Both the position numbers and the translations under genes were made by a program. From an uncultured bacterium (lineage in GTDB: Bacteria; Abyssobacteria; SURF-5), in assembly GCA_964510165.1 (NCBI GenBank), contig CAZEBC010000065.1:1-18922 (forward strand): 18,922 nt of DNA, written 5' to 3'. The notes under the pieces are model-generated. The model worked only from the letters and a program-made list of their open reading frames with translations. It did no database searches and was not told the DNA's origin. Every line of letters begins with the position of its first letter. Within the stretch, counting starts at the first letter, position 1. Shown one piece after another: positions 1 through 8,865 of this stretch.

Positions 1-25
1 AACCCGAAGTGACGCGAAAGAAAGG

Positions 26-47
26 GCAGGCAAGATGCCTGCGCTCC
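26..47 (-). repeat. REP-like short palindrome (GGAG + CGCAGGCATCTTGCCTGC)
   Basis: Minus strand reads GGAGCGCAGGCATCTTGCCTGC: a tetranucleotide followed by the GCAGGCA/TGCCTGC hairpin, the layout of REP elements. Only one copy of this type is in the window. Confidence 0.4.
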
Positions 48-163
48 TTTCGGCCTTTGTATAGGATAGGATACTCTAACCCGTCTTCCGCAGTTTAATC
101 CATCTTTTCTTGATCTGGGGTGAAAGTATCCAGAGAAGTCCCACCAAAGAAGGATTCTCACGA

Positions 164-193
164 GGGGAATGGCACAGGGCTGTGCCATTCCCC
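164..193 (+). terminator. Strong hairpin, likely intrinsic terminator or REP-like palindrome
   Basis: Perfect 14-bp inverted repeat GGGGAATGGCACAG-GG-CTGTGCCATTCCCC followed by aagttctttttcg. Confidence 0.5.
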
Positions 194-312
194 AAGTTCT
201 TTTTCGTTCTCCCAACTTCCTTGACCTTGGTTACGGATATTTGTTAAGATTCTGGCACATTTGGCGGTTTTGAGGTTGTGTGCGACCCACAGGCTTCAAT
301 ACCAAGAAAAGT

Positions 313-334
313 GTGCGAATGAATTGGCGCCTAC
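313..334 (-). repeat. GTAG-type REP-like element, copy 1
   Basis: Minus strand GTAGGCGCCAATTCATTCGCAC; shares GTGCGAATGAATT (+ strand) with the copy at 4506. Confidence 0.5.
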
Positions 335-339
335 GGTAG

Positions 340-1311
<972 letters not shown>

Positions 1312-1315
1312 GTGA

Positions 1316-2788
1316 ATGGCGCGGATGGATAAGCAGAAGCTGGCGGTCTATTTCGACTCGATGGCGCCGGAGCGCGACCGGTGGAAACAGAAGAACCGGT
1401 ATTATTATTCCGAGCTTGAGCGGATATGCTCGCGGATCATTCCGCCGCGCAAGTCGGTGCTGGAGATCGGCTGTGGCACGGGCGACCTGCTGAACAGCGT
1501 CAGGCCGGAACGCGGGCTTGGAGTGGACCTCAGCCGCGGCATGGTCGAGGCGGCCCGCGAGAAATATCCCCACCTCGAGTTTCGACAGGGCGACGCCGAG
1601 GCGCTCGACCTCAACGAGAAGTTCGATTTCGTCATCATGTCGGACCTGATGGGATTCCTGTCCGATATCTGGCAGGCGTTCGGTGAACTGCGCAAGGTGT
1701 GCCGGCCCGACACGCGAATCGTCATAACGCAATACAACTACTTCTGGGAGCCGGTGCTCAAGCTCGGCGAGAAAGTCGGGCTCAAGATGCCGCAGCAGCA
1801 TCAGAACTGGCTCGCATTCAAAGACCTGAAGAATCTGCTTCATCTGACCGGTTTCGAAACAGAGCGAGAACAGTTCCACCTATTGCTCCCCAAGAGCGTG
1901 CCCGTCCTCTCGACGCTGGCCAATGAATATATTGCGAAGATTCCCGGCCTGCATCATTTCTGTCTGCTCGAGGTGCTGGAGGTGCGTCCGCTCGCCGCGC
2001 CGCGTGAGAGCAGGAACTACTCGTGCTCGGTCATCATCCCCACTCGGAACGAGGCGGGCAACATCGAGGGGGCGGTGAAGCGCACGCCAGAACTGGGTTC
2101 ATGGACCGAGCTTATCTTCGTGGATGGCGACTCGACCGACGGCACCGTCGAGAAGATAGAGGAGATGTTGGAACGCTACAGGGGAAAGCGCGAGATTCAG
2201 TTTATCCGGCAATCGCCGGCGGTGGGCAAGGGCGACGCCGTCCGCAAGGGATTCGAGGCCGCCCGGGGCGACATATTGATGATACTCGATTCCGACCTCA
2301 CGGTCCCGCCCGAGGACATGCCGAAGTTTTATGCGCCGCTCGCCGAGGGGACCGCCGAGTTTGTTAACGGCTCGAGGCTTGTGTACCCGATGGAAAAGGA
2401 AGCGATGCGACTCTTGAACGTGATCGCGAACAAGCTGTTCAGCTACGCCTTTACATGGCTTCTGGAGCAGCGGATCACTGATACGTTGTGCGGAACGAAG
2501 GTGTTGTTCAAGAAGGATTATGACCGCATCGCCGCCAACCGCGCGTTCTTCGGCGACTTCGACCCGTTCGGCGATTTCGATTTGCTGTTCGGGGCGTCGA
2601 GGCTCGGGCTGAAAATGGTGGAGATACCGGTGCGATATCGCGCGCGCACTTACGGCGATATCAAGATCGAGCGGTTCAAGCACGGCTGGCTCTTGCTGAA
2701 GATGACGGTCATAGCGTTCAGAAAGCTGAAGCTCGCCAAGTGGCGGGAGAACACTCGGCGTTTTTTCATGAATTTCAGGACAGGGTGA
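1316..2788 (+). CDS. Bifunctional class I SAM-dependent methyltransferase / family 2 glycosyltransferase
   Basis: N-terminal VLEIGCGTGD and GVDLS motifs; C-terminal GT2 motifs SVIIPTRNE, FVDGDSTDGT, GKGDAVRKG, ILDSDL (DxD), DTLCGTK. Starts 4 nt after the fcl stop. Confidence 0.88.
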   Translation: MARMDKQKLAVYFDSMAPERDRWKQKNRYYYSELERICSRIIPPRKSVLEIGCGTGDLLNSVRPERGLGVDLSRGMVEAAREKYPHLEFRQGDAEALDLNEKFDFVIMSDLMGFLSDIWQAFGELRKVCRPDTRIVITQYNYFWEPVLKLGEKVGLKMPQQHQNWLAFKDLKNLLHLTGFETEREQFHLLLPKSVPVLSTLANEYIAKIPGLHHFCLLEVLEVRPLAAPRESRNYSCSVIIPTRNEAGNIEGAVKRTPELGSWTELIFVDGDSTDGTVEKIEEMLERYRGKREIQFIRQSPAVGKGDAVRKGFEAARGDILMILDSDLTVPPEDMPKFYAPLAEGTAEFVNGSRLVYPMEKEAMRLLNVIANKLFSYAFTWLLEQRITDTLCGTKVLFKKDYDRIAANRAFFGDFDPFGDFDLLFGASRLGLKMVEIPVRYRARTYGDIKIERFKHGWLLLKMTVIAFRKLKLAKWRENTRRFFMNFRTG

Positions 2789-2798
2789 GGAGAAGTCG

Positions 2799-3854
2799 AT
2801 GGAAAAAGTGCGGGTGGGAGTGATCGGGTGCGGGGTGATTGCGGACCTCACCACGTGGGGATACCGGAAGGATGAGCGGGTCGAGATCGTTGCGGTGTGC
2901 GACTCCGACCGGACGAAAGCCGAGACGAAGGCGCGCGAGTGGGGCGCCGCGAAAGTCTACGATGATTATCGCCGACTGCTCGATGACAAGGATATTGACG
3001 CCGTCGAGATCATCACGCCGCACGACCTGCATCGCCCGATGGCGATAGCCGCCGCCGAGGCCGGCAAGCACATATCCGTGCAGAAACCGATGGCGTGCAG
3101 CGTATCGGAATGCCGCGAAATGATCGCCGCCGCTGAGAGAGCGAACGTCATCCTGCGCGTCAACGACCCGTATGTGTTCTATCCGCCCATCGTGCGCGCG
3201 AGAGAGATGATCGAAGCGGGCGAGATCGGGCAGGTGAGCATGGTGCGCGTACGGACGACGGTCGGCGGAATGGACTGCGGCTGGCACGTGGACCCAGGCG
3301 CGTGGGCCTGGCGTTTCGACAAGAAGCGAAGCGGCGGGGGCAACATGCTTGACGACATGCATCACAAGTTTGCGGTCGCCATCCTCCTCGGCGGCGACGT
3401 CGAGAAGGTGTCTGCCTTTATCGAGAATCGCGACTACTTCATTGATGCGCCCGCGACTGTCATGTGGAAGTACAAGGCGGACCAGCGCTGCGGCGTGATG
3501 GAGTGCGTGCACGCGAACGACCTGCACATCAAGACGAAGTATTACAACTGCGAGGAGCGCTTCGAGATAACCGGCTCGAGGGGGATACTCTGGGTGACGC
3601 GCTGCACGGGGCAACTGATGGACCTGCCGGCGCTCATCATGTACCGCGAGGGCGAGACCCGGGGTTACAACGATATTCCCGCCGAATGGGAGGAGGGCTT
3701 CATCGGATCGAGCCGTCATTTTGTTGACTGCCTGCTTGACGGCTCGACGCCGCATCTCACCGGCGAGGAAGCAATCAAGATCATGCAGTTTGCGCTTTCG
3801 ACCTATGCCTCCGATGATACGCAGGCGGCGGTGAATCCGGAAACGATAGTGTGA
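2799..3854 (+). CDS. Gfo/Idh/MocA family NAD(P)-dependent oxidoreductase
   Basis: VGVIGCGVI nucleotide-binding motif, ITPHDLH, AGKHISVQKP (EKP variant), GGGNMLDDMHH; GAGGAG RBS upstream. Confidence 0.9.
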   Translation: MEKVRVGVIGCGVIADLTTWGYRKDERVEIVAVCDSDRTKAETKAREWGAAKVYDDYRRLLDDKDIDAVEIITPHDLHRPMAIAAAEAGKHISVQKPMACSVSECREMIAAAERANVILRVNDPYVFYPPIVRAREMIEAGEIGQVSMVRVRTTVGGMDCGWHVDPGAWAWRFDKKRSGGGNMLDDMHHKFAVAILLGGDVEKVSAFIENRDYFIDAPATVMWKYKADQRCGVMECVHANDLHIKTKYYNCEERFEITGSRGILWVTRCTGQLMDLPALIMYREGETRGYNDIPAEWEEGFIGSSRHFVDCLLDGSTPHLTGEEAIKIMQFALSTYASDDTQAAVNPETIV

Positions 3855-3915
3855 AGCATGCAAGAGCTTCTTTTTCGGATTGGCCCACGCTGTAGAGTTT
3901 CAACGGTTGCCGATA

Positions 3916-3945
3916 TTGACAGTCGGTTCCGCCCGTTTGTATACT
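3916..3945 (+). promoter_or_regulatory. sigma70-type promoter of the FmdB-family gene
   Basis: TTGACA (3916-3921), 18 nt spacer, TATACT (3940-3945), about 40 nt before the ATG at 3985. Confidence 0.6.
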
Positions 3946-3984
3946 AATCTCGATATCAAGCTGGTTGGAAACCTGAACACTGCC

Positions 3985-4479
3985 ATGCCGATCTACGAGT
4001 TCTACTGCAAGAAGTGCAACACTGTCTATAAGTTCTTCTCCAGGACCGTCAACACCGACAAGGTCCCCAAGTGCCCCGCCTGCAAGACGGTCAAGCTGAA
4101 GCGGATGGTCTCGATGTTCAATGCGCCGTCGGGCAGGAAAGAGGAAACCGCAGGGGACGCTGATATGCCTCCCCTTGACGAGGCGAAGATGGAGCGGGCC
4201 ATGCACATGCTCGAGCGAGAGGCGGCTGGAATCAACGAGGATGACCCTCGCCAGGCGGCCTCGCTCATGCGGAAGCTCTTCGACGCGGCGGGAGCGCCTC
4301 TCGGCTCGCAGATGGAAGAGGCGCTCCGGCGTATGGAGGCGGGCGAAGACCCCGAGAAGATAGAGGCTGAAATGGGCGACCTATTCGAGGGCGAGGACCT
4401 CTTCTCGCAGGAGTCGAAGGGCAAGAAGTCTCGCCCCACTCCGAAGCCACGGCTGGACGAAACTCTCTATGACCTGTGA
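3985..4479 (+). CDS. FmdB-family zinc-ribbon protein with acidic helical C-terminal extension
   Basis: MPIYEFYCKKC...CPAC...LKRMVS-F is the CxxC_CxxC_SSSS/FmdB pattern. Start moved from 3880 to ATG 3985 because the family begins MPIYE and the promoter lies inside the longer ORF. Confidence 0.85.
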   Translation: MPIYEFYCKKCNTVYKFFSRTVNTDKVPKCPACKTVKLKRMVSMFNAPSGRKEETAGDADMPPLDEAKMERAMHMLEREAAGINEDDPRQAASLMRKLFDAAGAPLGSQMEEALRRMEAGEDPEKIEAEMGDLFEGEDLFSQESKGKKSRPTPKPRLDETLYDL

Positions 4480-4505
4480 CCGGTCTCTCTTGGCTTGGAT
4501 ATGTT

Positions 4506-4527
4506 GTGCGAATGAATTCGCACCCAT
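4506..4527 (-). repeat. GTAG-type REP-like element, copy 2, inside a longer hairpin
   Basis: GTGCGAAT-GA-ATTCGCAC palindrome flanked by CTTGGAT...ATCCAAG; minus strand ATGGGTGCGAATTCATTCGCAC resembles the copy at 313-334. Confidence 0.5.
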
Positions 4528-4548
4528 CCAAGAGTTTCAGACTCGCCG

Positions 4549-4577
4549 TTGATATCTGCTCGGCAGTCGGCTACAAT
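4549..4577 (+). promoter_or_regulatory. sigma70-type promoter of the TolB-like gene
   Basis: TTGATA (4549-4554), 17 nt spacer, TACAAT (4572-4577). Confidence 0.5.
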
Positions 4578-4628
4578 TGCCTTGTCCCATTCCTCGTTTT
4601 CCCGCTCAAAATCCAAAGGGGTGACACG

Positions 4629-5705
4629 ATGAAAACCGCTCTGTCCATTCTCCTGTGTCTGCTGGTCATCGGATGCACGACGTCGTCAAAGAAGCTCGGG
4701 CCGGATAGCTACCGCGACCTCACAACCGAAGCGCCCTGCGCAGAGAAGATATCTCCTCATCTGGCCGGCCTCACGTGTCCCGCGGGCGAGTTCGACCGCT
4801 TCGTCATCAGGCAACTGACCGACTTCGGCGAGCGGCCCGTCTGGTCGCCCGACGGCGGGAGAATCGCGTTCATGGACAAGGAGTTCGGCAATGCCTACGA
4901 ACTTGTTCTGGCAACCGGAGAGACCCAGTGCATCACGTGCGAATTCGAGCATCAAGGTTTCCTGCGCGTGCACTACATGAAGGACGGGGATTATCTGCTT
5001 CTTGGCCCCAAGAAGTTCACGTCCACATTCCGAAGCAGGTACTTCGGTAATGGATTCTTCTGGATGCCCGCCGACCGCTCCTCGCCTCCGAAATGGCTTG
5101 GCGAGGAACATTATGAAGGCGTGGCCATCTCAAGGGAATCAAGGCTGATAGCGTATGCGAAGACATGGCTCTCGCATCCGTTCCTGATTCCGAGCAAGAT
5201 ATACGTTGCTGAACTCACGCCGGACGGTGAAATCACAGGCAGGCGTGTGGTCCACCGTACCATGCAGCTCGTCGAAGCTCAGGATTTCCTGCCCGGTGAT
5301 AAGGGACTGACGTTTGCGCGATATACGCCCAACTACGACGTCATGGTCCTGGATATCGAGACTGGCAAAGCGGTGAACAACTCCCAAAGCCCGGCCAGCG
5401 AGGAGCCGGAGGGCATCTTCCCCGGCGGCGAGTTCACCCTCATGGAAAGCGATCGGCACTCGGGCCAGCCCGGCGAGATGGACCTCGATATCTATATGCT
5501 CAGGCTGGACGGGACCGGCAAGGACGTGCGGCGCCTGACTCACTTCACCGATACGCCCGGCGAGAAGGCCAATAATCCCGTGGTCAGTCCCGACGGCTGC
5601 AAGATCGCCTTCATGAAGGCGCGGAAATCGGAGGACCGATACAAGGCGCAGGGCGAAGGGGCGGGCATCTTCCTGCTCGAATTCTACGAGTGCGCGTCAG
5701 AGTGA
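4629..5705 (+). CDS. TolB-like / PD40 beta-propeller lipoprotein
   Basis: Signal peptide with lipobox (MKTALSILLCLLVIG|C); PD40-like repeats RQLT..ERPVWSPDG, RRLT..NPVVSPDG, EGIFPGG; AAAGGGG upstream of ATG 4629. Confidence 0.75.
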   Translation: MKTALSILLCLLVIGCTTSSKKLGPDSYRDLTTEAPCAEKISPHLAGLTCPAGEFDRFVIRQLTDFGERPVWSPDGGRIAFMDKEFGNAYELVLATGETQCITCEFEHQGFLRVHYMKDGDYLLLGPKKFTSTFRSRYFGNGFFWMPADRSSPPKWLGEEHYEGVAISRESRLIAYAKTWLSHPFLIPSKIYVAELTPDGEITGRRVVHRTMQLVEAQDFLPGDKGLTFARYTPNYDVMVLDIETGKAVNNSQSPASEEPEGIFPGGEFTLMESDRHSGQPGEMDLDIYMLRLDGTGKDVRRLTHFTDTPGEKANNPVVSPDGCKIAFMKARKSEDRYKAQGEGAGIFLLEFYECASE

Positions 5706-5724
5706 GGGACTGAGGAGAGACACC

Positions 5725-6159
5725 ATGAACATCATGGCATATCAAGGGGCAGCGGAAGTGATAGTGGTCGCATTGGGGCCGGATGAACTGCTGCTCGAAT
5801 CCATCATCGAGGCGATAAAGTCGCACGACATTCGGAACGGCGTGGTCGTCTCCGGGATAGGCACACTCAAGACGTGCCGGATGCACTACATCAAGCATAC
5901 GGATTTCCCGCCCGAGGACGCCATCTTCATGCTCGAGGAGCCGCTCGAGCTACTGAGCGTCAGCGGAGCGATCGCCGACGGCGAACCGCATCTGCATGGG
6001 GTAGTTTCTTACGCCGACGAGGAAGCGCGCGGCGGGCACATCGAGCCCGGCTGCCGGGTTGCATATCTCGCGGAGATTGTCATCCATAAGTTCAATGAAC
6101 TGCGGATGGAGCGCCGGCGCGACCCTGAGCGCAAGATCAAATTGCTCGGTCCGAAATGA
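5725..6159 (+). CDS. PPC/DUF296 domain protein
   Basis: SGIGTL, ELLSVSG, PHLH, GGH and AEI motifs typical of DUF296; GAGGAG RBS. Confidence 0.88.
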   Translation: MNIMAYQGAAEVIVVALGPDELLLESIIEAIKSHDIRNGVVVSGIGTLKTCRMHYIKHTDFPPEDAIFMLEEPLELLSVSGAIADGEPHLHGVVSYADEEARGGHIEPGCRVAYLAEIVIHKFNELRMERRRDPERKIKLLGPK

Positions 6160-6219
6160 TTCGCATCCATGAGTCGGTCTTGCGGGACGATGCAGGTCGC
6201 GCGGAAGAGATTCTTGGAC

Positions 6220-6249
6220 TTGCGCCATGGTTTCCAAGTGTTATATAAT
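6220..6249 (+). promoter_or_regulatory. Putative promoter of the toxin-antitoxin operon
   Basis: TTGCGC (6220-6225), 18 nt spacer, perfect TATAAT (6244-6249); short inverted repeat CTTGGA/TCCAAG (6213-6238) overlaps it. Confidence 0.45.
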
Positions 6250-6306
6250 TTCAGTGAACGGTAAGGACTGTTGTCCCGCAGTTTTCTGGACGGCAAAAGG
6301 TGGGAT

Positions 6307-6525
6307 ATGACAAAGCTTCTGAAAAAGGCGTTTGACGAAGCCTCCAAGCTCCCTGAAGTCGAACAAAACGCTGTGGCAAAATGGCTGCTCGATGAACTGC
6401 ATTCTGAGAGGGAATGGACAAAGGCTTTCGCTGAATCGGAGGATATCCTGGAAAGGCTCGCAGATGAAGCCATAGGGCAAAAGGGTGAGGGCAAGACCGA
6501 AGCACTGGACCCCGGTCGCCTATGA
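6307..6525 (+). CDS. Putative type II antitoxin (72 aa, acidic, helical)
   Basis: MTKLLKKAFDEASKLPEVEQNAVAKWLLDEL; AAGGTGG RBS; stop overlaps the toxin start (ATGA at 6522-6525). Confidence 0.75.
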   Translation: MTKLLKKAFDEASKLPEVEQNAVAKWLLDELHSEREWTKAFAESEDILERLADEAIGQKGEGKTEALDPGRL

Positions 6526-6800
6526 AATCAAGCACAACGGAACGATTTTGGAAATGCTACGCTGTCCTCCCCACCGAAGTAAAAGCCCAAGCCAAGGAAG
6601 CATACGCTCTTTTCGAGAAGGACCCGTACCATCCCGGTTTACGCTTCAAGCGCGTCCATTCGACGCGAGCAATCTTTTCCGTTCGAGTGAGCCTGCACTA
6701 CCGTGCCCTGGGAATCGTCGAGGAAGACGAGATTACTTGGTTCTGGATTGGTTCACATGCCGACTATGACAACCTCGTTAGGCAGTTGAGAAACACATAG
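6522..6800 (+). CDS. RelE/ParE-superfamily toxin
   Basis: 92 aa; F-K-Y--LP, DPYHPGLRFKRV, SVRVSLHYRALG, WFWIGSHADYD match the RelE/ParE-like fold; translationally coupled to a small acidic upstream gene. Confidence 0.82.
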   Translation: MKSSTTERFWKCYAVLPTEVKAQAKEAYALFEKDPYHPGLRFKRVHSTRAIFSVRVSLHYRALGIVEEDEITWFWIGSHADYDNLVRQLRNT

Positions 6801-6849
6801 CCTCTGAATTCTTGCTTCACTCTTCGGTTGCCAACCTTGTGACGCGGCT

Positions 6850-7905
6850 TCAGTCGGTCGGGGTAAGCAGAAGTTCGATGTGGTCCTTGAGGCCGGATGA
6901 AACGAGAATCTTGAAGTTCTCGGGCGAGTCGCTCTCCTGATAAATCAACATTCCTTCCACGCCGGGCAGTTGCTCGATGAGCTGCATCCCTTTCTCGCTG
7001 CCCAGGACGAAAACGGAGGTGGAGAGCGCATCGGCGGCCATGGCGGTGTCGGCGATGATTGTGGCGCTCAGCATTCCTTCAACCGGCATGCCCGTGCGCG
7101 GGTCCATGATGTGACAATACTTTCTGCCTTTTATCTCGAAGAAGCGCTCGTAGTTTCCCGATGTCGCGACGCCCATTTCCGAAACCGGCAGTCGGGCGAT
7201 GACTTCATCGGGGCGCAATGGATGCCGGATGCCCGCCTGCCACGGCGCGCCGTCGGCCCGGCTTCCGATTGCGTAGAAATTACCGCCCGCGTCAATGATC
7301 GCATTCTTGACGCCATGTTTCTTCAACGCTCCAGCGGCCCGATCCACAGCGTATCCCTTGGCGATGCCCCCGAAATCCAATGCCATCCCTTCCTGCGAGA
7401 ACCTGACGGTGTTCCCTTTTTCATCGGATAGCACCTCTTCGAGGCCCACAAGGAGCGTGGCCGTCCGGAGTTCTTCTGCCGAGGGGAGATGGCCGCTCTT
7501 CTTCGTAAATCCCCACAGCTTCATGAGCGGATACACGGTCGGGTCAAACGCTCCCCCACTCGCATCAAAATAAATGCGCGACGCCGCGAGCACGGCCCTG
7601 AAATCCTGCCCGACGCTTACGGGCCGCCCGAAGGCGTCGCGGTTGACCTCCGATATCTCGCTGTCCTCCTTGTAGGTGCTGAGCAGTCGGTCGATCCTGC
7701 GAATCTCGTCGAACGCCGCCTTCGCCGCGCGCGCATGGTCACCCGGCCCTTGCAGCTTGATGGTGAAGACCGTGCCCATTATGTTGGCCTGTTCCTCGTA
7801 GGAAGAGGCTCGGGTCGCGCAGGCGGGGAGTGCGAACGAAAGCGACAATAGGAACAGCAGGCTCGCCAAGCGGACAGGAGCGCTGGGAACGCGCGGCCGC
7901 TTCAT
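6850..7905 (-). CDS. apbE: FAD:protein FMN transferase (lipoprotein)
   Basis: MGT, FDPTV, DFGGIAKGYAVD, DAGGN, ATSGNYER, HIMDPRTG, ADALST motifs; signal peptide with lipobox LPA|C. Confidence 0.93.
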   Translation of the reverse strand: MKRPRVPSAPVRLASLLFLLSLSFALPACATRASSYEEQANIMGTVFTIKLQGPGDHARAAKAAFDEIRRIDRLLSTYKEDSEISEVNRDAFGRPVSVGQDFRAVLAASRIYFDASGGAFDPTVYPLMKLWGFTKKSGHLPSAEELRTATLLVGLEEVLSDEKGNTVRFSQEGMALDFGGIAKGYAVDRAAGALKKHGVKNAIIDAGGNFYAIGSRADGAPWQAGIRHPLRPDEVIARLPVSEMGVATSGNYERFFEIKGRKYCHIMDPRTGMPVEGMLSATIIADTAMAADALSTSVFVLGSEKGMQLIEQLPGVEGMLIYQESDSPENFKILVSSGLKDHIELLLTPTD

Positions 7906-8642
7906 CTTGCCTGTGTCCTCGTGACGTGAATGTTTCGGGCGATCTCGCGGTCGATCGCAAGCTGGGTCTCGCCCACGATTATCACGAGAGACGGCTGGCG
8001 CTGGTGCACCCGCACGACCGTGCCCGGCAGCATGCCGAATGTCGTCAGCTTGTCGAGCCGCGCGTGATTACTCGTTTCGACGTAGAGTATCCGGCCCGAT
8101 TCTCCGCTGCGAAGCTCATCCAGGGTGAGCACGGCGGGCGCTGCCCTGTGAGCGCGGTCCTTGCAGCACGGGCCTGGCGGTATCTCTCTGCCATGCGGGC
8201 AGGTGCGCGGATGTCCGAGTATCGTGCAGATGCTGTCCACAATCTCCGGATTGAGCACGTGTTCCATTGCGCACGCCTGGCGTTCCATGTCCTGCTCCTT
8301 CTGAATCAGAAGCACGTCGGTGAGCAGGCGCTCGGCGAGCCGGTGAGCGCGAATGAGTTTTTCGGCCTCTTTTCTGCCGGCCTCGGTGAAGGCGACTGTG
8401 CCGTCACTGACCGAGACCAGGCCGCTTTCGATCGTGGAGGCCAGCAACTTGTCCACGTCGAGGTCCTCAATCGGTCGCGCTTTGAGTTCATCCACCGTGA
8501 TTTCACCGCCGAACTCTTTCAGGAGATAGATGAGTTCCAGCAGTTCATCCATGTCGGTCTTGCGATAGTCCAGAGTGGGCGGCTTGAACTCCGCCAGTTC
8601 CCGTCCGCCGCGCCAGCGATTCCTGCGTCCGCTCCAGTTCAA
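7902..8642 (-). CDS. DtxR/MntR-family metal-binding protein with C-terminal FeoA (SH3-like) domain
   Basis: HRLAERLL, ACAMEH, CPHG..IP motifs, then FeoA-like LTTFGMLPGTVVRV...AIDREIARNIHV. Start uncertain: TTG at 8642 (AGGAG upstream, overlaps the upstream TGA) or ATG at 8552. Confidence 0.85.
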   Translation of the reverse strand: MNWSGRRNRWRGGRELAEFKPPTLDYRKTDMDELLELIYLLKEFGGEITVDELKARPIEDLDVDKLLASTIESGLVSVSDGTVAFTEAGRKEAEKLIRAHRLAERLLTDVLLIQKEQDMERQACAMEHVLNPEIVDSICTILGHPRTCPHGREIPPGPCCKDRAHRAAPAVLTLDELRSGESGRILYVETSNHARLDKLTTFGMLPGTVVRVHQRQPSLVIIVGETQLAIDREIARNIHVTRTQAR

Positions 8643-8848
8643 TTCTCTTCGCTCCTTTTCCTGCCGAATTGTTTGTTGAGCCATGTGACCATGCTCGACT
8701 CCCTCGGGAAGCCGAACCCACAATTTGGGCAACAGATGATCTCGCAGTTCTTGCGCAAATTGCACCCGCTACACGTGTGCTCGTCGGGGCTGAATTCCGC
8801 GCCGCACAGCGAGCATTTTACCTTATTCTGTCCTTTTGCCGCTTCCAT
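8639..8848 (-). CDS. Small cysteine-rich protein (69 aa, 8 Cys) in the feo operon
   Basis: MEAAK...CSLC...CSGCNLRKNC...CCPNCG; GGAG RBS before ATG 8848; sits 17 nt after the feoB stop. Confidence 0.75.
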   Translation of the reverse strand: MEAAKGQNKVKCSLCGAEFSPDEHTCSGCNLRKNCEIICCPNCGFGFPRESSMVTWLNKQFGRKRSEEN

Positions 8849-8865
8849 ATCGCGCACTCCGTCGG

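Noticed and set aside
252-275. sigma54 or ops/JUMPStart element before fcl (TGGCAC...GGCGGT)
   Set aside because: No GC at the -12 position and no GGCGGTAG match.
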